64,000 nucleotides of DNA from Amphiscolops sp. MND2022. Taxonomy: Eukaryota. The DNA is taken from assembly GCA_964187785.1 (NCBI GenBank), contig OZ076409.1, positions 44,952,001-45,016,000 on the forward strand, given 5' to 3'. A program made the position numbers and the translations under genes. Shown one piece after another: positions 38,565 through 48,200 of the stretch. The notes below the pieces were generated by a model that worked only from the letters and a program-made list of their open reading frames with translations, was not told the origin of the DNA and searched no databases. The stretch's first letter is position 1. Each line of letters opens with the position of its first letter.

Positions 38565-41500
38565 AAAAAAAACACTGTATTTCCTTCATTAATAAATGAC
38601 AATAAAATAGTAATTTATTTTCAGAAGGTAGTGTATTTACATTTTTTTTAGTTTAAAGTAGGAAAGAGGTATCATTAAGTTTTGCAAGAAACAATACAGA
38701 TAATCTATCGAAAGCGATATTCACTCCAACATTTTTTTCCATATTCGAAATTGTCTTTTTCACTTACATATTTGTTTAGGAAGTATTGTTTGATGTTTTT
38801 TTTGGTTGTTATGTAGGTACATTTCCCAATTTTTAGCTTGTCAGGTAACTCGTTCCATATGGGCACTGTTTTATTGAAAAAGCTTTTCTTAAGAAAGTCA
38901 GTTTTGCATTGGATGTTGAAGTAGACTTTCTTGGTTCGTTCGTGGGATCTTATGTCACCGGTAGGAAATTTCATTTTCCCTGCAAAAGCCGGAAGTTTTT
39001 TGTTTTTCCATTTCCAGTAGAAGTTGGCATTTTTGCTTTGAAAGAGATATCGGACTGGAAGGATATCATGCTGAACTTTGAGATCTGATGAATGATCATA
39101 TTTTAAACGGTTAAAACATGCTTTTATTCCCCAATTTAACTGTTTCTCTAAAGTGGTAAGAAGGTTTTCTGAAATTCCGCTTAGTAAGATAGCTGAGTAG
39201 TGCAAGTGGCTCACCACTAGGGCGTTTAAAAGCAGTTTCCTGGTTTTTTGGGGGAATATGTCTCGTACAGAGTACAGACTTTTTATTCCCAGTGCCATCT
39301 TGCGGAGGATATTTTTGATCTCGATTTGGTAGTTCAGATTTTGATCCAGATAAACACCGAGATATTTCGCATTAGAGATTGCCGGAATTATTTGGTTGTG
39401 AACTTTGAGTTTCAGTTTATTCATCGAATCATTTTTTGCTTTTTTACAAAAAATTATAAATTCAGTCTTGCCAGCATTGATGGTCAACCGGTGACTTTCA
39501 AAAAAGAATACTAATTTCTTCACATTTTGTTCAAGTGAGGCTATTGCTTTGTCGATGTTGCTATCTGATTTGAACACCATGGTATCATCTGCGTATTGCA
39601 AAAGATTGCAGTCATTTTGAACCTCATGCTGCATATCATTAACGTAGATGTTGAATAGTAATGGACCGAGTACGGTTCCTTGAGGAACACCTTGGTATAG
39701 TTTTATCCAATCTGAGTGACAGTTTGGAAGTGTTACTTTTTGGTATCTTTCGGAAAGAAAACTTCGTATCATCGAGATTGACATCGGGTCGAAGTTATAT
39801 TGCTTTAATTTATTTAACAAGATTTCATGCGATATGGAATCGAAGGCTTTTGATAAATCCAAGAAAGCTGCTGCGACATTTTCGCCATCGTCTAAATTTT
39901 TCCTGATAGTTTCAGTAGCATAAAGTAATGCATCGGTTGTTGAAAAACGTGCTCGAAAACCAAACTGTGTTTCGCTTAATAAATGATTTTCCTCCAGATA
40001 CTCATTCATTTGTTTTCTTAGAACTTTTTCGAAAATTTTTGATAGGGCAGGGGTTATTGAGATGGGTCGATAATTGCATGGGTCTTCTCTGTTTCCCTTT
40101 TTATAAATAGGAGTTACCAAAGCGTGTTTCAAATGATTTGGAAATTTTCCTTCCATGATGAAGGCATTGATTAGGTAGCAAAGGGGCTCAGCAATGACGT
40201 TTCTACAGTCTTTCAAAACCCATGCAGGAATACTACACGGTCCTATAGGTTTATTTTTATTAAGACATAATAGCTGTTTTTTGCAGTCATAAAGACTGAT
40301 GGGTTGAAACGAGAATACTTTTTTCGTGATTTTTGTTTCGGGTATTGTTGGCGGATCGTAAGGCCTAGCAGTCCCCATATAGTCCCCTAATTTTGAGAAC
40401 CGAAAATTTAGTAGGTTTGCAATTTTCTTTTGGTCTGTTACATGGTCGCCGAAACAGTTCTTTAGGCTTGTTATTTCAGTTTTCGTTCGCCTTGCATTCC
40501 TGGATTCGTTTATAAATTTCCATTTGTCCTTTTCCGTAGTCAGGTTGTTGAAATTTGCTATTTGATCTTCAAGGCGGTTTGCTTCGAGGTTTTCAAGGAA
40601 AACTCGTTTAAGTGATAAGTAGGTTTGATCAGTAGGATGCATACTTCTATCTAATTTTCGGTAGAGTTTCTTTGTTTCTTGGCTGACCCAGTTTTCGTGG
40701 ATTGTAAGGCTGCTTTTGTCGTTTCTTATGAAAACTCTTTTTTTTTGGAACACACTGTTTTATAGCATCTTCCAGAATTTGTGTGAAAATAGTAAACATT
40801 CCTTCGGGGCAGCTTTGATTGTAAAAATTTCCCCAATTACTACGACTTACTACATCGCGTAGTGTGTCTTTGTTGTAGTTTGATTTGTCGAATATCTCTT
40901 TTATAAATGCTTTGCTTTTTGATTTCATTTGGATATCAGTTATACAAACGGTAGCTAAATGATCAATGTCCGTGTTTTTTCTAGTTCTAAGCGGCGTATC
41001 GCAAATCATAGTTTCAAAGTTTTCATTAGATTGTAAGTCAGTGATAATGTAGTCAATTAAAGATTTTGAGTTATTTTGTATTCTTGTCGGGCTTGATGTG
41101 TTTAGTATTCGAAAACCATATGGGACTGTAATTGTGTCTAAGCTTTGTTTCTCTGTGGGGTTGAGATAGTTGATGTTATAATCACCCATCAACGTGATGG
41201 GTTTATTCTCGACAATTGCATAGTCGATACTAGTAGATAGTTCTTCAAGAAAAGCATCAGTAAGAGACTTTTGTGGATTGTAACTGATATTGATAAGTTG
41301 TTTTCGTTTCATTGATGAGTTGTTGTTCAGGTTACATTCAACCCATAGGCTTTCAAATAACTTCTGATTTAGATGATTGAGGTCTTTTCGTTCTTTCGGA
41401 TGTAGAGATTTTGGTACTAGGAGCATAATTCCTCCACCTTTTTTGTTTTTCTGTTAATTCGAAATGTTTCAAAATGTTCTGATTTCATTTCCCAGAGTTT

Positions 41501-41822
41501 CACATGGTCGTGATCTTTGAGCCATGTTTCAGTGAAACCGTACACAGTATTTCTACCGAGGTCATTTAAGAGTGTTTCAATTTGGGTTCGTTTCTGGGTC
41601 AGACTTTGACAGTTAATATTTACATATTTTAGTTTTGTTTTATTTTTGGAGAATGTTTCGCAAACGAACTTGTATATTCGGCATGGACCGGGATTTTGTT
41701 CTATGTCACCAGCACGGTTCAGTAGCACTCGGTGGTCCCAGTAATGAGGTTTAGTGTTTGGTAACTGGTGGCTCACATGGTGAGACCATTCATGTTTCAA
41801 CCCATCAGTGATGTTTCAACCC
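38565..41822 (-). mobile_element. 5'-truncated CR1/L2-group non-LTR retrotransposon (2A-like peptide, APE endonuclease, RT)
   Basis: Three overlapping ORFs (41417-41800, 40647-41426, 38705-40753) with FTETWL, MGDYNINYL, SLIDYI, NYRPIS, FLDLSKAFDSI, GVPQGTVLGPLLF, QYADDT; frameshifts lie in homopolymers; short (T)GAT duplication at the ends. Confidence 0.93.
38705..40753 (-). CDS. LINE ORF2 reverse transcriptase region
   Basis: 682 aa ORF with canonical non-LTR RT motifs (YADD). Confidence 0.92.
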   Translation of the reverse strand: MFQKKRVFIRNDKSSLTIHENWVSQETKKLYRKLDRSMHPTDQTYLSLKRVFLENLEANRLEDQIANFNNLTTEKDKWKFINESRNARRTKTEITSLKNCFGDHVTDQKKIANLLNFRFSKLGDYMGTARPYDPPTIPETKITKKVFSFQPISLYDCKKQLLCLNKNKPIGPCSIPAWVLKDCRNVIAEPLCYLINAFIMEGKFPNHLKHALVTPIYKKGNREDPCNYRPISITPALSKIFEKVLRKQMNEYLEENHLLSETQFGFRARFSTTDALLYATETIRKNLDDGENVAAAFLDLSKAFDSISHEILLNKLKQYNFDPMSISMIRSFLSERYQKVTLPNCHSDWIKLYQGVPQGTVLGPLLFNIYVNDMQHEVQNDCNLLQYADDTMVFKSDSNIDKAIASLEQNVKKLVFFFESHRLTINAGKTEFIIFCKKAKNDSMNKLKLKVHNQIIPAISNAKYLGVYLDQNLNYQIEIKNILRKMALGIKSLYSVRDIFPQKTRKLLLNALVVSHLHYSAILLSGISENLLTTLEKQLNWGIKACFNRLKYDHSSDLKVQHDILPVRYLFQSKNANFYWKWKNKKLPAFAGKMKFPTGDIRSHERTKKVYFNIQCKTDFLKKSFFNKTVPIWNELPDKLKIGKCTYITTKKNIKQYFLNKYVSEKDNFEYGKKCWSEYRFR

Positions 41823-41983
41823 ATCAGTTCCCTTATTGTATGCCGCAGCCACGCTGAAGTGTCCATAACCAGGCTCTATGCCCAAATCGGGAGCCCAGAA
41901 GTTGACAATCATCACCCGATCCACCGTGTGCCCATTAGAGACACACGTGATGAGCTTGTCACGTAAAACTTCCGGTGTGTGTC
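41823..41983 (-). CDS. Phytochelatin synthase-like protein, copy 2, exon 3, 5' part (interrupted by LINE)
   Basis: ttcaag|GA CAC...; GHTPEVLRDKLITCVSNGHTVDRVMIVNFWAPDLGIEPGYGHFSVAAAYNKGTD, then LINE sequence. Confidence 0.83.
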
Positions 41984-42527
41984 CTTGAAATAATTAAAAT
42001 ATCTGTCAACTGGAGTTCAAGTTTATGAAGTGCGAAAAAGGAAACAAAATTGAGCGACGTCATAAGTGTTTCTGAGGAACCAATTGTTTTTGCTGCTCAT
42101 TTTGAAGGTGAGTGTCGTCACAAAAACTGTCACTAGTTAGAAAACAGACTCAGGCATTTAGAATTTCTACACGATGTAATTCGTGATGGCGGAAGGTTTA
42201 GTGCGTAAGTTCAAAGGAAGGAAATTTCCTTTCGATTCCCAAACAAAAGGTACAATTTTAGTGCTTGAGAATCTCCGACATTGCCTTCGAAAGTTTGCTA
42301 TCTAATGTATATACGAGTAAATATAGCACTTTGAAGTTTTCTACAATGGAAGTCAGATGTACAGAGATTTGTACAACTTTCGAGTTTCAAGTGAAAATTT
42401 GAATTCAGTGGAAATTTGAGAAAACAATCAAGTTGAGATTTGGCTGTATCTTATCAATACCTCTCTCTAACGAACGTACAAGTCAAATCAAACAATCCCG
42501 ACTTAACCAATGAAAACAAATTCTTAC

Positions 42528-42683
42528 CAATCATGTAGTATGAACCATCACGACAACCATAAAATTTGACTATATTTGAAACTATTTCCAGACGCATTCC
42601 GCGCATCCACACATTTTTTGGGTCATACACCTTCTTAGCTAAGCCAGAATCATTCATAAGGTCTGCTTGTCTGACCGTCTTTC
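42528..42683 (-). CDS. Phytochelatin synthase-like protein, copy 2, exon 2
   Basis: tttag|GA AAG ... ATT G|gtaaga; GKTVRQADLMNDSGLAKKVYDPKNVWMRGMRLEIVSNIVKFYGCRDGSYYMI. Confidence 0.82.
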
Positions 42684-42857
42684 CTAAAACTCAAATACTT
42701 TTCGTCTCGAGTATAAAAACTATGTTTTGGAAACTTCATAAGTAAAAGAAATGAATAAATAGCAGCACTTGCTTTTAAACGAGCATAGGTTTCAGAAATT
42801 TTACACTAGATTTTTCACTAACCATTTTTCCCGACTTTTAGAAGTTCGAATTTCTTA

Positions 42858-42984
42858 TACAAATATTAACAGAGCAGATGATATGGGATTGCTGTGCATA
42901 GTCGAATTATGTATTCTTAATTTGATCCTACATAATTCGACTATGCATAGCAATCCCATATCATCTGCTCTGTTAATATTTGTA
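42858..42984. repeat. Near-perfect hairpin (56-bp arms, 15-nt loop), probable TA-flanked MITE
   Basis: 42858-42913 is the reverse complement of 42929-42984 with one mismatch. Confidence 0.9.
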
Positions 42985-43459
42985 GAATCTGTGATTGATT
43001 ATTACTGCAAGTCGCCAAGATCTGGGAGCTTGCGGGGGGATATGTATCGTAATGTGTGCAGGATCGATGAGTTGAAAATTTTATAACTATCACACCACAT
43101 CTTTAGTGCCCTAAATGTAAGAGCGAAGCGACGTGTCTTTACTTGACCAGCGACAAGCTTTGACGAATGCTGACCTGGCAAAGCGCCCCATACAACCAAT
43201 TTCGGTTTTTAAATTTATAATGAAATTAATATTTCCGATCCTGTATAATTCGATTCTAAATAATTCGTTTCTTGAGAGGAACCTCGATGATATCGCGTGC
43301 AACTAGCATCGTACCACAGCATACCAAATGACGTGCTGTGCTATAATGATTGAAAACAAGTAGAATTTCAGAAGTTTTCCCAACGAAGGACCGAGAAAGG
43401 GGATTGCATCCATGATGAAATAATCTCGGGATATAATGCAAGTCTGATAAAAAACTAAC

Positions 43460-43652
43460 CGAAAACGTTTAGAACAGATAAGGCACATGCAGCCGAAGTG
43501 TAACCACAAACAGCCCTGCCTTCCTGTTTATGGAAACAGGGAGATATCGCTTGGTAAGAACTCTGGTTATTTAGTTCTGCCTGCTGCAGGAGTTTCTGAC
43601 CTTCAGGCAAATCTAAAAGAACGCCCGAGGTGGAAGTGTATACTCGTGTCAT
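43460..43652 (-). CDS. Phytochelatin synthase-like protein, copy 2, exon 1
   Basis: MTRVYTST...FHKQEGRAVCGYTSAACALSVLNVF; donor G|gttagt; clear paralog of 35935-36127. Confidence 0.83.
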
Positions 43653-45262
43653 GACCGGGCAGACAACAAAACGCAAAGCGCACTTTCAACACATATAACT
43701 TAGCCACCGCTAACGTACCCCACAGTAGCCATGAAATAACTGAAAACGAAGGTGACTGTAAATCGATCAGAATCTTCCCAAAATACAACGAATGTTTCTG
43801 GAAGCAGCAGAATGTTTCAAGATACTACTCATAGTACAATGTTCCTGCAGAAACATTGACAATTAAACGTTGAAAGCTTCCATTTCGATCTCCATCTTAT
43901 TTAGTTTGCTTTGAAGCGTCATATACATTATATTAATATAGATGTACATTAGTTAGGGTAAAGTTTTACCAACAGAAAGCGAAACCCTTTCAAGAAGATT
44001 GGATAGTAAAAGTCCAATTTATTGTAACTGAGAGCCAAAAATGCTTGGAGAGTTACTAACTTGTCTTTAATGATGGAAAAATTCAAAAACTCTTTATGCA
44101 ATAAAAAGTGAATTAGCAGATTACCAAACTATTCGAAGCAAAACGAAACTTGAGAAAGTGAAAGATGTACGTACCACTTTGGCCCTTGAAAGCAAAACTT
44201 TCCTTACTCGCTGAAACATCGTTCATACATTTTTGCCAACTTGAAACGGTATACTGTATCAAGAAATGTGAAAATACGGTTAATATTCAATGCCATATAA
44301 TGAACTGACAGAATTCGGCAAATTTTTAGATCCTCTCTGGAGCATCCATTGAGTTGAAAGCATAAATACTAAAAAAGCCGATTCGAATTTGCTAATACGA
44401 AATGATCACAGGACAGAAAATTAAAACTTTTTAATCGCAGAGTTTTTTCAACAACTAGGAAATGAACATTCAAAAGTTGAATATAATTGAACATTACTAA
44501 CAGAGTGGGCATAATTTTTGCATAGCAAACAAAGATCGAACACTTTCACAAAAAACAACCTAGAGATCATTCGGGCTGAAAAAAAGCTCTATTAAAAATT
44601 GAGGGCAGAAGATCAGCAGATGCTTTTTCCGCAAAACACTGAAAATTTTAAGAACATTTAAAAGCTTTCGAATTATAACATCTGAAGACACTCGGAACTT
44701 TGAAGGCATTATCAACTTTATTACAACAAGTTACTAGAAACTACTAAGTTACTAACAACTTTCTTTCACAAAATCCCCAAGCTGGAAAAGTTTTTTAGTG
44801 GGATACACTTTCTCCCAGCACGTTAAAATTATGTTAGAAGGAAGATACTTTCTTGAAATTAGCCAAATAAGGCATCCTCGGAAAACATAAGTAACTGCTG
44901 ATGAGAAAACATAGGACCAAAAACATCAAAATGTTTCTGGTCGCTACGACTTCTCGGCATCAGAAACTAAATGTGGGAACTCAACCGCAAAGCAGAAAGC
45001 ATTACTGGTTGTGAAAAAATGAGAGACTAACCTCTTAGAGAGATACATAATAAATTATTTTCACTGTGGTATACTTGGAAAAAAATGACTGAATTTTGAG
45101 AAATAAGATAGAAATTTGTGAGATGTGTTGAGCTCGTTTATTTTCCAATGTTGACTGCTTTAGTCAATTTTCAGCAAGCAAGTAAGCGACAAAAGAAGAA
45201 GAAAAATGACAGACTAATCTCTAACTACCTGTCAACAGCAAATGAAATTTGTTGAACGATAG

Positions 45263-48200
45263 AGAAGATAAAAACGAAATAATTATTATTCAGCTCCGTA
45301 AAAAGCGAATATAAAAATGGCAAACAGGAAAAACAAAAATATCGCAGGAGCAACAGCTAATAGCAGCAGAGCACAGGTACACGTGGCTGCGACTCGTTGG
45401 CAGTGGCGCTAAAAATAAACCGAATTGCTGATGATATGATTAGGTTATGAAGATTGGAGCAGCTTAACTACCAATTTAGGTAAGGCCAAAAACTACAACA
45501 ACCACGAAAATGCCATCAAATTTTAATGTACACCAAGTGCCTTGCAAAAAGTTTTAAACGTTACTGCTTACTTAGAGTGCACAACCCAAGCTACTGTTGA
45601 AATAGTCTTAGCTTATTATAGTCACAATTCATTAGTTAATGAGGCAATTGAAACTGGAAAAATCAACAACTTTCGGCGTCAATGAGACAGTTTTGACATG
45701 TGCCCTCCAATCACGAAGTGAAATGTGAACTTTTAAAACTTTTAGATAAGCCGTTGTAATCCAGGAGATAAAAAAAAACAGGAAATGAAGAAGCAACCAT
45801 TAGGATATATACTTTTTAGTCATACTTTTATCTTGAATAATACTTTTATTTGTTTGACTTGAACTAAAAACAAAAATTGAAGGCTGATGCTTTTGCCTAC
45901 CAAGGATCGACCTTTTACTTGATAATTAATTGCTAGTCAAGACAAAAGATCGGTCACTAAAATATTGATAGCTTGGGATAGCATCTCTTGAAAGTAACAC
46001 CAACGGATGTATCTAGAACTGGCGTGAACGATCGTTTCTCGTAAATCCATATACTGTAGAAATGAGAAAAACTGTCTTTCATATTGAATTCAAAAGTCGC
46101 TAAGTGCCGGGGCACAAGTTTAGGAATTGCCATTTATTGAGACAAAATAAAAGGCGATTACGATGAAAAGACGTTTGCTTCTTCACTAGGCGTATGTCAT
46201 CACCAGTCAGGAGAGTTTTATTTCGCAAGGTTCTATAAACTTTTCCTACTGGTGAATTAGGACACTAGAGTACAAAGAGATTACACCCTGTATGACAAGA
46301 TTGGAGCAAAAATTGAGCCCTCCTTAAGCTGTATTCAAGCGTTTTCCCGCTATTTTCTGACACGATATCGGAAATATTCCACAACTTGAGGAAAATTTGC
46401 CCACTTCGTTGATTCTAAGTACCATAAGCTTTGATTATCGAAATAAGAACAAAATTTCAAAAGAATTGCAACAAAAGAAAAAACTAAAATTTTGACTACA
46501 GAAAAACGAAAATCGAGCTAAAGGGTTGAGAAAAGGTAGTTTTCGTGCTGGAGGTTCTTTTTCTCGGCACTAAGAGACTGATCCAAAAAATCGATTTTGA
46601 AAAATGGATTTTTTGTTTCCAGTTTGGGGAAATTGTTCCCTAGTCTTATGCGTATCCTTTGGGGTATTTTTCGGCACTGAGAAAGTGATAAAAGTTTAAA
46701 AGCAATGTCCTTTGCATATTCAAGAAACTCAAAGAGGTCCCCCTTTTGTAACAATTAAAAATTCTCCAAAAAACGATATATCCGGATTACGTAATATTCG
46801 GCATGGTTTGTGTTATTGTCGAAGGGGACTCCTTTACAGCTCAAATGCAGTATGTAGATGACCAAAAGGGACTTTGCCGAGCTTGAAGTAGAACTTTCGG
46901 TAGAACTATTTTGGACAGTTCAGGCGCATCGAAAAACAAGTCGGGAAGGACATGAGTCGGCGCCATATCTAAGACTCAAAAATATCAAAAGGACTTCAAA
47001 GTGTCAAGTATTCTTTTAGAGTACCAGAAAAACCAAAAAATTGGACCGAATTGGTGCGCCAGGGGGTCGATTTGAGATTTTTCATCCATTCTCCATTCTG
47101 TCTCAAATATCAAAAAATTGAAGGGGAATTTTTTTCGAAGAAAGTCTCTCAATCCCAAAAAACGGGGGAACCTTTCGGATTTTTTAACATCGATTGTTGC
47201 AAAACATCAAAAAATTGAAGGGAGACCATTTTTTTAAAAAAGTCCCATAATGCCAAAAAATCTGAAAGGGGGACCCTTTAGTCTCACGACCGTTTAGTCT
47301 CACCCCGTATTGTATATTAGGCGGAAAAAAGGAGAAACCTTTTTGGTTCAGTTCGCTAGGCCAAATGGTTCAATTTGACACCATAAAACTTCGTAGATCT
47401 TTGTAGAACTATTTTGGTCAGTTCGCGTGGATCAAAGAAAACACTATTAGTCGCGTTTCACTTCATGAAGCGCCGACTAAAAACACTGACGAAAAGCCAT
47501 GACTAAGCGCCGACTAAAGAAAAGCGCCTTAAGAAAAGCGCCGACTAAAAAATAGCAAAAAATGACTTTCAAAAGCAGCTTCAGCTCTGTGGAAAGTCAA
47601 GGTTGACCAAATAAATGCTCTCTTTGTGTCGATTAAAAAAAGGATGCATAGACAGATCCACTACCTTTCTCTGAGGACTGTAAGTGAGCCAAACAGTCAA
47701 GTTCATTCTTAGTAGAAAGTGCGGTTTTGAAATAGGTCCCTGATGGGCTCAGTAATATTTTACCAAAGTTCGATAATAAAAACATCTGAAATAACCAGAC
47801 ACTCAATAACTCATTCGGTAGCGCACAATTTATCACTGTACCAGTAAACACCTTTGATTCTCCTCGGACTATAAGCTTTATTAGTAGTACAAAAGAAAAC
47901 TATCAAACCCATTTGACGTTTGCATCCATATCTGAATTCAGGAGAAGCTCTCAGAGTACGAATAATCAACACTCTTCATCTCAATGAAAGCGCTGCCTAG
48001 CTGCTAAGAGAATTAAATAAACTTGCTAAAGGCTTCCTCACTACTACCAGAATTGGCGGTAAAAGGGATGATAAAAATCTGGAAAAAACAAGGCCCAATT
48101 TGTATGAAAATTCAGCTCACGCAAAAATATTAAATAAAGAAGATAAAAACGAAATAATTATTATTCAGCTCCGTAAAAAGCGAATATAAAAATGGCAAAC

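Noticed and set aside
39248..40110. Plus-strand and alternate-frame ORFs over the LINE (similarly 56368-58448)
   Set aside because: Antisense or shadow frames of retrotransposon coding sequence
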